Below are positions 24,413 through 32,959 of a DNA stretch of 64,000 bases, one piece after another. The notes under the pieces were generated by a model. That model ran no database searches. It was not told where the DNA came from and saw only the letters and a list, made by a program, of their open reading frames with translations. The DNA is taken from assembly GCA_963716255.1 (NCBI GenBank), contig OY970303.1, positions 1,888,001 to 1,952,000 of the forward strand. The letters are read 5' to 3'. The stretch comes from an uncultured Gemmatimonadales bacterium. GTDB lineage: Bacteria; Gemmatimonadota; Gemmatimonadetes; Longimicrobiales; Longimicrobiaceae. Numbering within the stretch: the stretch's first letter is position 1; each line of letters begins with the position of its first letter. The position numbers were made by a program, and so were the translations under genes.

Positions 24413-24694
24413 ATGGCACTGTCGCGGAGCTCTTCCTGGAAGGAGCATCGGCTCGCGAACCGGCTGGAGTGCGGCGGGACGGAGTACTCGGTGGACCTGG
24501 TGGCGCGCAAGGCCACGGGGGTGGAGGGGTGGAGGGTGACGGTGGTGTTCCTGCCGCGCGAGCAGGGGGGCGAGGTGAAGGTGGAGCTGCCGAACGCCTC
24601 GTCCACGGCGGAGGTGCGCCGCCTGGTGGCGGAGCTGGAGGGCGCGGAGGAGCGGCTGCGCGAGATGTGCCGCGGCGCGGGTGGGGCGGCCTGA
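24413..24694 (+). CDS. Hypothetical protein
   Basis: ATG after AAGGA; GC3-rich codon usage; first gene of an overlapping four-gene run. Confidence 0.7.
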   Translation: MALSRSSSWKEHRLANRLECGGTEYSVDLVARKATGVEGWRVTVVFLPREQGGEVKVELPNASSTAEVRRLVAELEGAEERLREMCRGAGGAA

Positions 24695-24702
24695 CGGAGT
24701 AC

Positions 24703-25236
24703 GTGGTGGACGGGGAGCGGGTCCGCACCCTGCCGGACCTGCTGGCCCCGGGGCTGAGGCTGCTGTTCGTGGGCTTCAACCCCAGCGTGCGCGCGGCGCG
24801 GCTGGGGCACTACTACGCCGGGCGCAACAACCGCTTCTGGGACTTGCTGTCGGCGGCGGGGCTGACGCCGGGACGCTGGCGCTTCGAGCAGGACCGCGCC
24901 CTGCTGGAGCTGGGGATCGGGGTGACGGACCTGGTGAAGCGCCCCACCCGGAGCGCCGCGGAGGTGACGGCGGAGGAGTTCCGGCGGGGCGCGGAGCGGT
25001 TCCGGGGGCTCGTGCGCGAGCTGCGGCCGCGGGTGGTGTGCTACAACGGCAAGGGAGTCTACCTGCGCGCCGCCGGGGTGGCGTCGGCCCCGTGGGGGCG
25101 GCAGGAGCACGGGCTGGTGGAGGGGACGGCGGACTTCGTGGCGCCCAGCCCCAGCGGGCTGGCGCGGATCCCCTTCGCGGAAAAGGCGGGGTGGTACGTG
25201 GAGCTGCGCAGGACGGTGGAGGCGACGGGTGCCTGA
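24703..25236 (+). CDS. Mismatch-specific DNA glycosylase (MUG/TDG, UDG family 2)
   Basis: LPDLL.PGL.LLFVGFNP, NRFW, TDLVKRPT and PSPSG motifs; start uncertain (24691-24706). Confidence 0.9.
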   Translation: MVDGERVRTLPDLLAPGLRLLFVGFNPSVRAARLGHYYAGRNNRFWDLLSAAGLTPGRWRFEQDRALLELGIGVTDLVKRPTRSAAEVTAEEFRRGAERFRGLVRELRPRVVCYNGKGVYLRAAGVASAPWGRQEHGLVEGTADFVAPSPSGLARIPFAEKAGWYVELRRTVEATGA

Positions 25237-26395
25237 GACGACGGAGACGATGAGCGAGACGAGCGGAGTGGAGGACTCCCCGCTGCGGGAGGCGGAGCAG
25301 GCGCTGGGGGCGGCCCTCACGGCGGTGGCGGGGCGAGGCGTGCCGCTCCACTTCGGCGATCCGGCGGCGGAGTACCGCGCGGTGCGCGAGGCGGCGGGGG
25401 TGGCGGACCGCGCCGACCGCGCCCAGCTCCGCCTGTGGGGGCGCGACCCGGTGAAGATGGTGCAGGGGCTGCTGACCAACGACCTGGCGGGGGCGCCGCC
25501 CGGCCGGGGCGTGTACGCGGCCATGCTGACGCCCAAGGGGCGCACCCTGGCGGAGCTGCGGGCCTTCCGCCTGGAGCGTCCCGGCGGCACGGAGGTGCTC
25601 CTGGACCTGCCGCGCGAGGCGCTGGCGGGGACGCGCGAGCACCTGGGGAAGTTCGTCCCCCCCATGTTCGCGCGCTGGGCCGACGCCTCCGCGGAGATGG
25701 GCGCGGTGGGGGTGTACGGCCCCCGCTCGCGCGGGCTGGTGGCGCGGACGCTGGCCGCGGAGGTGCCGCCGCTGGACGAGGACGCCTTCGTGGAGGCGCG
25801 CTTCGAGGACGCGGTTGTTGTAGTGGTGGGCACGCGCGCCGCGGGCGGGGAGGAGGGCTTCGACCTGCTGGCCCCGGCCGCGGTGCTGCCCGCGCTGTGG
25901 AGCGCGCTCCTGGCGCACGGCGAGGAGGTGGGCGCGCGCGCGGTGGGGTGGGAAGCCCTGGAAGCGCTGCGGGTGGAGGCGGGGGTGCCGCGCTACGGCG
26001 CCGAGCTGACGGAGGAGACCATCCCGACCGAGGCGTTCGAGGCGATCGGGATGATGCCTCGCGCCATCTCCTTCACCAAGGGGTGCTACACGGGGCAGGA
26101 GGTGATCGTCCGCATCGCGCACCGCGGCCACGTGAACCGGCACCTGCGCGGCCTGCGCCTGGGCGCCGTCGCCGCGCCGGCGCCGGGGACGCCGCTCTTC
26201 CACCCGGAGACGGGCAGGGAGGTGGGGCGGATCACCAGCACGGCCTTCTCGCCGCTGCTGGGGGAGACGGTGGCGCTGGGGTACGTGCGGCGCGAGCTTG
26301 GCCCGGGCGATGCGGTGCGGGTGGGCGCGGCCGATGGAGTGCACGCCGGGGTGGTGGGACTGCCGTTCCACGGGGAGGTGGGCGATGCTGGGTGA
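25229..26395 (+). CDS. YgfZ/GcvT-family folate-binding protein
   Basis: QGLLTND, LRVEAG and ISFTKGCYTGQE signature; alternative start 25250. Confidence 0.92.
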   Translation: MPETTETMSETSGVEDSPLREAEQALGAALTAVAGRGVPLHFGDPAAEYRAVREAAGVADRADRAQLRLWGRDPVKMVQGLLTNDLAGAPPGRGVYAAMLTPKGRTLAELRAFRLERPGGTEVLLDLPREALAGTREHLGKFVPPMFARWADASAEMGAVGVYGPRSRGLVARTLAAEVPPLDEDAFVEARFEDAVVVVVGTRAAGGEEGFDLLAPAAVLPALWSALLAHGEEVGARAVGWEALEALRVEAGVPRYGAELTEETIPTEAFEAIGMMPRAISFTKGCYTGQEVIVRIAHRGHVNRHLRGLRLGAVAAPAPGTPLFHPETGREVGRITSTAFSPLLGETVALGYVRRELGPGDAVRVGAADGVHAGVVGLPFHGEVGDAG

Positions 26396-26975
26396 GAACC
26401 GGTCGGCGCTCAAGGAGTGGGGCGCGGTGGAGCGGGCGCTGGCGGAGGGCCGCACGGCGCTGCTGGTGCGCAAGGGCGGGATCCACGAGCGCCGCGGGGA
26501 CTTCCAGGTGGAGCACCGCGAGTTCTGGCTCTTCCCCACGCTGTACCACCAGAACGCGCACGAGCTGCGCCCGGAGTTCCGCTCCGCCCTGGACGCCGCG
26601 GACACGGCGCCGCACGATGTGAACCGGGTGCGCATCGCCCACTACGCCGTGGTGGAGGAAGCGCTGCGGGTGGAGAGCCTGGACGCGCTGCGGCGCCTGG
26701 ACGGCCTTCACCCGCTGACCCCGGCAACGGTGGAGTCGCGCTTCGCCTACCGGGGCAGGCCGTACCTGCACGTGCTGCTGGTGCGCGCCTTCCGCCTGCC
26801 GGAACCGCACGTGATCCCCGTCACGCTGGACTACGAGGGGTGCGTTTCCTGGGTGGAGCTGGACGACGCGCTCCCCACGGCAGGCGCCCAGCCGGTGCTG
26901 CTGGACGGCGAGTTCGCCGCCCGCCGGGCGGACGTGCTGGCGAAGCTGGGCGAGGAGGACGTGGTACGGCTTTGA
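26385..26975 (+). CDS. DUF1802 family protein
   Basis: ALKEW, LLVRKGGIHE, FWLFPT.YHQ and Y.GCVSWV motifs. Confidence 0.88.
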   Translation: MLGENRSALKEWGAVERALAEGRTALLVRKGGIHERRGDFQVEHREFWLFPTLYHQNAHELRPEFRSALDAADTAPHDVNRVRIAHYAVVEEALRVESLDALRRLDGLHPLTPATVESRFAYRGRPYLHVLLVRAFRLPEPHVIPVTLDYEGCVSWVELDDALPTAGAQPVLLDGEFAARRADVLAKLGEEDVVRL

Positions 26976-26979
26976 CGGC

Positions 26980-27224
26980 AGGGAACAGGGAATAGGGAAC
27001 AGCCTGCAACGGCGCTCGAAGTACGGAACGGCGTCCCACCGGAATCTCCCGGTGGGGCGCCGTTCGCCGTTCGCAGTACCCGCAAAAAGATGTACGGAGG
27101 GAGACTCGCCGGCTGTTTGGCGAGGCTCACTCCGGCGAGGGGAGACAGCCGGGCAGTTTCGGCTGGCTCCCGGAGCCCGCGGAGGAGACCGGCAGCAGTA
27201 CCGCCGGGCTCCGTAGCGGCCCCG
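26980..27224 (+). repeat. Composite repeat: GGGAA(C/T)A heptamers, palindrome and family B element (27095-27224)
   Basis: Same layout as 8985-9210, again between convergent genes. Confidence 0.88.
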
Positions 27225-27239
27225 CCACGACAGGAAGAA

Positions 27240-28172
27240 TCAGCCGACGACGACCTCGCCGTACAGACCGGACGCGACGCGCAGGGTAGCGACGTGGATG
27301 TCCACGGTATCCTCGGTGTCGCGGGCGTAGCCGCCGGCCATGGTGACGGCCACGGGAACGCCGGCGTCGCGGCAGGCGCCGAGGACCAGCCGGTCGCGCT
27401 CTTCCAGCCCCGCCTTGCTCAGCGCGAGCCGCCCGAAGCGGTCGTCGCGCCAGGGGTCGGCGCCGGCCAGGTACACTGCCAGGTCGGGGCGGAAGGCGGC
27501 GAGGACGTCGGGGACGTGCAGCTCCAGGGCTGCCAGGAAAGCTTCGTCGCCGGCACCGTCGGGGAGCTCCACGTCCAGCGTGCTCCGCTCCTTGCGGAAC
27601 GGGTAGTTGCGGGCGCCGTGGATGGAGAAGGTGAAGACGGTGGGGTCGGTGGCGAAGACGGCGGCGGTGCCGTTGCCCTGGTGCACGTCGCAGTCCAGGA
27701 CCACGGCGCGGAGGACCCGGCCCGCGCGCTGGAGGACGCGGATGGCGACCGCGGCGTCGTTGAAGACACAGAAGCCCTCGCCGTGCTCCGGGTAGGCGTG
27801 ATGCGTGCCCCCGGCCAGGTTGGCGGCGATCCCCCAGCCGAGCGAGGCCGCCCGGTCCAGCGCGGCATGCCCCGCGGCGATGGTGGCGCCCACCGAGCGG
27901 CGGGAGCGCTCCACCATCTGCGGGCTCCAGGGAAAGCCGATGCGCCGCTGCGCGAGCGGCTCCAGCGTCCCCTCGCGGACACGCTCCAGGTACCCGGCCC
28001 CGTGTACCAGCGCCAGCTCGTCCCACGCGGCGGCGGGCGGCTCCTCCAGCTCCGACGGCCGCAGCACCCCCTCGGCCAGGCAGCGCTCGCGGACGCGGGC
28101 GTACTTGACCATGGGAAAGCGGTGCCCCTCCGGAAGCGGGAGGACGAAGTGGTCGGTGTAGAAGGCGCGCAC
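27240..28172 (-). CDS. Histone deacetylase family protein (HDAC11-like)
   Basis: HRFPMVKY, GGTHHA, GFCVFND, DCDVHQGNGT, AGADP and MAGGY motifs; GTG start. Confidence 0.93.
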   Translation of the reverse strand: MRAFYTDHFVLPLPEGHRFPMVKYARVRERCLAEGVLRPSELEEPPAAAWDELALVHGAGYLERVREGTLEPLAQRRIGFPWSPQMVERSRRSVGATIAAGHAALDRAASLGWGIAANLAGGTHHAYPEHGEGFCVFNDAAVAIRVLQRAGRVLRAVVLDCDVHQGNGTAAVFATDPTVFTFSIHGARNYPFRKERSTLDVELPDGAGDEAFLAALELHVPDVLAAFRPDLAVYLAGADPWRDDRFGRLALSKAGLEERDRLVLGACRDAGVPVAVTMAGGYARDTEDTVDIHVATLRVASGLYGEVVVG

Positions 28173-28174
28173 CC

Positions 28175-28819
28175 TCAGGGGATCCCGGTGACCTTGTGGG
28201 TCTGCACGGACATCCGCCAGGGGGGTCCGAGCTCCATCACGGCGCGCACGGTCTCGGCGAAGTTGGGGCCGCCGCGCTCGGGAAGGTCCACGGGCTGCAG
28301 GAAGTAGCTGCCGAAGCGGGTCCCCTCGGCCAGGCGGCGCACCGCTTCCACGCTGGGCGCGGCGCCGGCGGCGTGCTCGCCCGTGAAGAGCACCTTGAGC
28401 TCGTCGCCCTCCCTCTGTGCGAACTCCGCCTGCTTGGGCGACACGGTGAGCCAGTCCACGAGCGACCGGTCGACCGGCCGGGAGCCGTTGGACTCCATGG
28501 AGATGCGGTACCCGCGGGCGCGGAGGGCGTCGGCGAGGGGACGGTCGAGCTGGAGGCTGGGCTCGCCGCCGGTGGCCACCAGGAGCAGCCCCGGCCGCTC
28601 GCCCCCGAACCCCGCCTCGGCGGCGGCGCGCACCAGCTCCAGGGTGCCCTGCAGGTCGAGGGTGTACGCGGCCTTCGCCCAGTCCGTGTCGCACCAGGGG
28701 CACACGTCGTATCCCAGGTTGCACCCCGCGAAGCGCAGGAACACGGCGGGGCTCCCCGCCTGGGCTCCCTCGCCCTGCAGGGTGGCGAAGACTTCCTTGA
28801 TCGCGTACTTCCTGGGCAT
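28175..28819 (-). CDS. queE: 7-carboxy-7-deazaguanine synthase (radical SAM)
   Basis: EVFATLQGEG, FLRFAGCNL...CPWCDTD, TGGEP, SPK, LQP and SVQTHK motifs. Confidence 0.9.
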   Translation of the reverse strand: MPRKYAIKEVFATLQGEGAQAGSPAVFLRFAGCNLGYDVCPWCDTDWAKAAYTLDLQGTLELVRAAAEAGFGGERPGLLLVATGGEPSLQLDRPLADALRARGYRISMESNGSRPVDRSLVDWLTVSPKQAEFAQREGDELKVLFTGEHAAGAAPSVEAVRRLAEGTRFGSYFLQPVDLPERGGPNFAETVRAVMELGPPWRMSVQTHKVTGIP

Positions 28820-29013
28820 CTGCGGCTGCAGCCTGAGCGGGTGGCGGTTTCCGGCGAGCGTCGTATACACCCGCCCCCGCGGCTTGCTCCCCGGGGGGAG
28901 GGGCTTGACTTTCGGGCCAGGCGACCGGCTGGGGCAGATGCGTCCCACTTGTGTCACGCGAGACCCAGAATCCGTGCTCCCGCGCCGAAAGCGTTCCGTC
29001 GCAAAATGCCGAT

Positions 29014-29058
29014 TTGCAATGACTTACAGCAAAACGACGGAATGGCCCTCAGCTTGCC
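29014..29058 (+). promoter_or_regulatory. Candidate IHF site plus sigma54 -24/-12 promoter
   Basis: TTGCAA-TGAC-TTA (IHF-like CAA-N4-TTR) at about 29014-29026; TGGC-CCTCAGC-TTGC (GG-N10-GC) at 29043-29057. Confidence 0.55.
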
Positions 29059-29068
29059 AGATGCCCTC

Positions 29069-29310
29069 TCGAACGGATGCCACACCGGTGCAAGGAATCG
29101 TGCAGGATCGGGCGGCGCACGATGCCGATCGCCGGATGAGGTCTCGGGGGGGGACAGCGACCCAAGAGTAAAGCCTCCATCACCCATCCAGAACCCGCAG
29201 GTAGATTCCGCCGGCCCACCTACCCCACTCGGACGCTGCCCGCCCCCCCCATGCGGGCCCCCAAAGCCCCACCCGAGGGACCCGCCACCCGGCGGGTCCC
29301 TCATTCTTTT
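29069..29310 (+). ncRNA. Candidate small RNA (about 240 nt)
   Basis: Lies between a sigma54-like promoter and a strong terminator; no credible ORF; long-range stem 29146-29250. Confidence 0.45.
29275..29310 (+). terminator. Intrinsic terminator
   Basis: GAGGGACCCGCC-accc-GGCGGGTCCCTC-ATTCTTTT, 12-bp perfect stem. Confidence 0.75.
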
Positions 29311-29430
29311 GCCACTCCCGGTCCGCCCCGGGGAGTGGAAGCGGGCGCCCGGCCGCAACCTGGACCGTCCAGCGGCGTACAACACCGGACGGCAGGCAAG
29401 AAGGCTGGCACACCCGAACCACGACTGACG

Positions 29431-30168
29431 ATGAGAATGGGACGTATGCACGTACTTTCCCTTGCGATGGCGATGCTCGCCTCCCCCGCGGTGCTGCACG
29501 GCCAGCAGCCGCGCACGGCCGAGGTGGGGCCGCGGACGATCCGCGTGGTGGGGGTCGGAGAGGCGCGGGCCGAGCCCGACGAGGCGCACGTGGACTTCGG
29601 CGTGGAGACCTCGGCGCCGACGGCGCAGGCGGCCGCGGAGCTGAACGCCCGGGCGATGGAGCGGGTGATCGGCGCGCTCACCGCGGCGGGGGTCGCGCGG
29701 CGGGACATCGGCACCAACAACTACTCGGTGTTCCCCGACTACGCGCCGCCGCGCCCGGGGACGGAGGAGCCGACGCTGCGCGGCTACCGGGTGGTCAACA
29801 CGGTGACCGCGCGCACGGAGCAGATCCCGCGGGTGGGGCGCCTGATCGACGCGGCGCTCCAGGCGGGGGCCAACCGCGTCAACGGGGTGCGCTTCGGGCT
29901 CAAGGACTCGGAGGGGGTACGGGCGGAGGCGATCCGCGGCGCGGTGGCCAAGGGGCGCGCGGACGCGGCTGCGATCGCCGCGGCGCTGGGCGTGAGGTTG
30001 GGCGCGGTGCTGGACGCGAGCACGGCGGGGGGCCAGCCGCCGGTGTTCGCCAAGCTGGAGATGGCGCAGGCGCGCGGCATGGCGGCCGACATGGCAAGCA
30101 CGCCCATCGAGGCCGGGGAGCAGACGGTCACCGCTTCGGTCACGCTGGTCTTCGTCATCGAGAGCTGA
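29431..30168 (+). CDS. SIMPL domain protein (DUF541/YggE-like), exported
   Basis: Signal peptide; TIRVVGVGEARAEPDEA, GYRVVN and GEQTVTASV motifs. Confidence 0.92.
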   Translation: MRMGRMHVLSLAMAMLASPAVLHGQQPRTAEVGPRTIRVVGVGEARAEPDEAHVDFGVETSAPTAQAAAELNARAMERVIGALTAAGVARRDIGTNNYSVFPDYAPPRPGTEEPTLRGYRVVNTVTARTEQIPRVGRLIDAALQAGANRVNGVRFGLKDSEGVRAEAIRGAVAKGRADAAAIAAALGVRLGAVLDASTAGGQPPVFAKLEMAQARGMAADMASTPIEAGEQTVTASVTLVFVIES

Positions 30169-30338
30169 CCGCCGCCCCCTGGAAGCACGGCGCCCCGCCC
30201 GGGATCTCCGGGCGGGGCGCCGTGCCATCCGCTGCACGCGGCGGCCAACGTCTGGGTATTGCGGTCGCGGCGGAGCTCGCGTGGGGGAGGGGCTTTTCTC
30301 GGGCGCTGAGCGGGCACCAGGCTGCGTCCGCGGGGGCG

Positions 30339-30469
30339 CCCCCACCCGGCTCGCTTGAGGCTCGCCACCCTCCCCCAATTCTGGGGGAGGGCTGTCCGTG
30401 CTTCGGTCTCCCGCGCGCAGTTCTCCCTCGCTTGCGTGGGAGGGGTGGCGCGCAGCGCCGGGGTGAGGG
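30339..30469. repeat. Pair of REP-like CCCTCCC...GGGAGGG palindromic repeats (family D)
   Basis: CCCCACCCGGCTCGCTTGAGGCTCGCCACCCTCCCCCAATTCTGGGGGAGGG; related copies at 41841(-) and 57860. Confidence 0.8.
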
Positions 30470-30494
30470 CCCCGCGGACGCCAGCGCGAGCCCC

Positions 30495-30629
30495 GCGTGA
30501 GGGATTTCGGCCCGAAGGGGCGAGACCCGGCGGGGCTGTTTCCGCCGGGGCTCGACTCCGTTACGCACAGTTTTATCGTGCGTTACGGAGCCGAAGCCCG
30601 ACCCCGGCGCCAGCCGGGGGCACGCCCAA
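30495..30629 (+). repeat. Structured intergenic repeat family A (full copy)
   Basis: GCGTGAGGGATTTCGGCCCGAAGG...GGGCACGCCCAA. Confidence 0.9.
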
Positions 30630-30664
30630 GCCAGTAGTCCAGGGCCGTTGCAACCCCCGACGCA

Positions 30665-31639
30665 TCACTCCAGGCACGGAAATACGGTGCGCCCACTGCG
30701 GACGTCCATCACCAATCGAACGGGGACGACGGAGCCGAACACCCCCACACCGTCGCCCACCACGCTGGAAATGCGCACCGTGCCGGACGGGTTGAACTGC
30801 CCACCGCGTACGCCGTTGACGAAGTTGCGGTCGGCGGCGACGACGACCAGGTGCACCTGCACGTCCTCGGGGAAGCCGCCCTGGATGGCGCGCAGCAGCT
30901 CCTGGTCGTAGCTGAGGCGGTCGAACGCCCCCACCTCGGAAGGGACGACGACGACCGTGTCGGATTCGGACACGGAGACGCCGACGAGGCGGAGCGGGTC
31001 GGGGATGGTGCCGATGCCGGAGCCCCCCAGCACGCGCCGCAGCCCGTACACCTCCATCTCGGTGAGGTACGCCCAGGCGCCGGAGGAGGCGGACCAGGTG
31101 AGGTCGAGCTCGGTGCGCGGCGGGAGGAAGCAACGGCGCTCGCCGGTGGACGGGTCGCGAAGGGCGCGCCGCAGGCCGCGCAGGTCGAAGCTGCCGGGGA
31201 CGCGGGTGGTGCCGCGCACCCGCTCGCCCCGGGTGGTCTCCACCAGCAGGTCGTAGCTCCGGCCCGGGACCACCCACGAGCTCGCCTCGCCGGCGGGGGA
31301 GTGGTAGCAGCTGGCCTGCACGCGCAGGGTGTCGTCCCCGCGCAGCAGCCGGCTGTCGCCGCTGAGGCAGTTCTCGGGGCTGGTGAGGGTGAAGGCGATC
31401 TCGCGCCCGTCCTCGGTCCGCACGCGGACGCGGGCGTCCGGCTCGCCCGGGATCACGGCGCCCCGGAGGGTGCGGTGCAGCAGGACTTCCTGCACCTGCC
31501 GGTCGGGGCGGAGCACCGCCTCCACCACCAGGACGTCGCGGGAATCGGCGGTGGTCACCTCCGTCAGCTCGCAGCCGGCGGCCGCCAGGGTGGCGGCGCC
31601 GAGGAGGAGGGCGGCGGCGAGGGAGCGGGTCGAGCGCAT
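30665..31639 (-). CDS. DUF4249-like lipoprotein (TonB-receptor associated)
   Basis: Lipobox AAGC, LVVEAVL, PG.SY.L.V...G...G.T.VP and C-terminal SSVVGDGVGVFGS. Confidence 0.75.
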   Translation of the reverse strand: MRSTRSLAAALLLGAATLAAAGCELTEVTTADSRDVLVVEAVLRPDRQVQEVLLHRTLRGAVIPGEPDARVRVRTEDGREIAFTLTSPENCLSGDSRLLRGDDTLRVQASCYHSPAGEASSWVVPGRSYDLLVETTRGERVRGTTRVPGSFDLRGLRRALRDPSTGERRCFLPPRTELDLTWSASSGAWAYLTEMEVYGLRRVLGGSGIGTIPDPLRLVGVSVSESDTVVVVPSEVGAFDRLSYDQELLRAIQGGFPEDVQVHLVVVAADRNFVNGVRGGQFNPSGTVRISSVVGDGVGVFGSVVPVRLVMDVRSGRTVFPCLE

Positions 31640-31784
31640 CGTCCGGGGATCGGGCGTGACCTGGCGGGAGGAGCCCGCCGCGCCGGGAGTCTCCCGGATG
31701 CCCCTGATACGCGGGCGGGTCCCCGAAGATCCGCGGGACCGGCCGCCCCGCTCCCGGCGGTCTCCGGTGGGAAGCCGCAACTCC

Positions 31785-31813
31785 TTGACTTTCCGCCGCT
31801 TGGCCACTAGCTT
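31785..31813 (+). promoter_or_regulatory. sigma70 promoter of the cold-shock gene (long leader)
   Basis: TTGACT-N17-TAGCTT about 200 nt upstream of the ATG. Confidence 0.7.
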
Positions 31814-32010
31814 CATCCACAGCGAGAAGAGGCCGGCGCGAAATGCACCGATTCCAGTGTACGATGAGGACCTGGGCGCTCTACGGCCCCGGTCCTTTTT
31901 TGTTGCTCGCGAACGCCGTTGCGGGGGCGATTCACCCGCTGAGACACAGGCGGTCGGCTGGTACGGAAATACCGCACCTCGACAGTCGGTAAAGAAAAAG
32001 GGAGTACGGT

Positions 32011-32220
32011 ATGCGTACCACGGGCACCGTGAAGTGGTTCAACGACACCAAGGGCTTCGGGTTCATCACGCCCGAGGACGGCGCGAAGGACTGCTTCGTC
32101 CACCACTCGGCGATTCAGGGCAGCGGCTTCAAGTCGCTCGCCGAGGGCGACCGGGTCGAGTTCGACGTCGTCCAGGGCCAGAAGGGCCCCGCGGCCGAGA
32201 ACGTCGTCCGCCTGGGCTGA
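32011..32220 (+). CDS. Cold-shock protein (CspA family)
   Basis: GTVKWFN, KGFGFI (RNP1), CFVHHSAI (RNP2) and KGPAAENV. Confidence 0.97.
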   Translation: MRTTGTVKWFNDTKGFGFITPEDGAKDCFVHHSAIQGSGFKSLAEGDRVEFDVVQGQKGPAAENVVRLG

Positions 32221-32258
32221 GCCCGGCGGGTCCCGGCTCGCGCCGGGGCCGCTGAACG

Positions 32259-32306
32259 AAAAGAGGAGGAGCCAGCCCGGCGTGCCGGGCTGGCTCCTCT
32301 TCTTTT
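32259..32306. terminator. Bidirectional intrinsic terminator
   Basis: AAAAGAGGAGGAGCCAGCCCGGC...GCCGGGCTGGCTCCTCTTCTTTT. Confidence 0.8.
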
Positions 32307-32357
32307 GCGGCGCGGGGCCGCTCCCCGGCGATGGCCGGGGGCGGCCGATCCGTCCGT

Positions 32358-32945
32358 CTACCGCTCCTTGACCGGGGCCGCGCAGCCGCAGGCGCCGCAG
32401 GAGCAGAGCACTCCGCCGCACACCAGGCACTCGGACGAGGCGAAGTCGTCGAGCGCGATGCCGCAGGCGTGGCACTTGGTCCGGCGGCGCTTGGCGCCGG
32501 GCGTCTTGCCGGTGGAGGTGTCGCGGACCCCCTGGTAGGTGATCCCGCGCTCCTCGAGGAACTCGCGGTGGCGGTCGATGGCGCCCTGCCTCCGCCGCTC
32601 CACGGCCTCGCCCTGCGCGACGGTGCGCTCCTTCTCGCGCTCTTCCTTGAGCTCGATGCGGCGGCGGTACTCGTCGGCGGCGCGCGCCTGCTGAGCCTTG
32701 TCGGTGACCTCCTGGATCTTGGAAGACACGACCTCGCGGGAGAACCGCTTGTGGCGCAGGTGCGTGAGGCTGAACAGCTCCACGTTGGTGGCCGTGGGGT
32801 CGCTCACCTCGGGATCGAACACCAGGGTGTCCCCGTCGGCCGAGTGCTTCCCGATCCACATCTTCCCGCCATTGAACCCGGCATCCGCATCCGCCACGTT
32901 CCCGAACCAGACGTCCTCACGCTTCCCTTCGATGCTGGTGGCCAT
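32358..32945 (-). CDS. Hypothetical protein with C-terminal Cys-rich (Zn-binding) domain
   Basis: CHAC...CLVC...CSCGACGC; ATG 32945 lies 15 nt after the infA stop, with AAGGAAG RBS. Confidence 0.8.
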   Translation of the reverse strand: MATSIEGKREDVWFGNVADADAGFNGGKMWIGKHSADGDTLVFDPEVSDPTATNVELFSLTHLRHKRFSREVVSSKIQEVTDKAQQARAADEYRRRIELKEEREKERTVAQGEAVERRRQGAIDRHREFLEERGITYQGVRDTSTGKTPGAKRRRTKCHACGIALDDFASSECLVCGGVLCSCGACGCAAPVKER

Positions 32946-32959
32946 GTGCGGACTTCCTT

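Noticed and set aside
28820..29010. Possible preQ1 riboswitch upstream of queE
   Set aside because: No short stem with the A-rich 3' tail typical of preQ1-I is visible.
29311..29345. GCCACT...GGGAGTGGAAG resembling part of a cobalamin riboswitch
   Set aside because: It forms a simple local hairpin; the other B12-box elements are missing and the downstream gene is unrelated.
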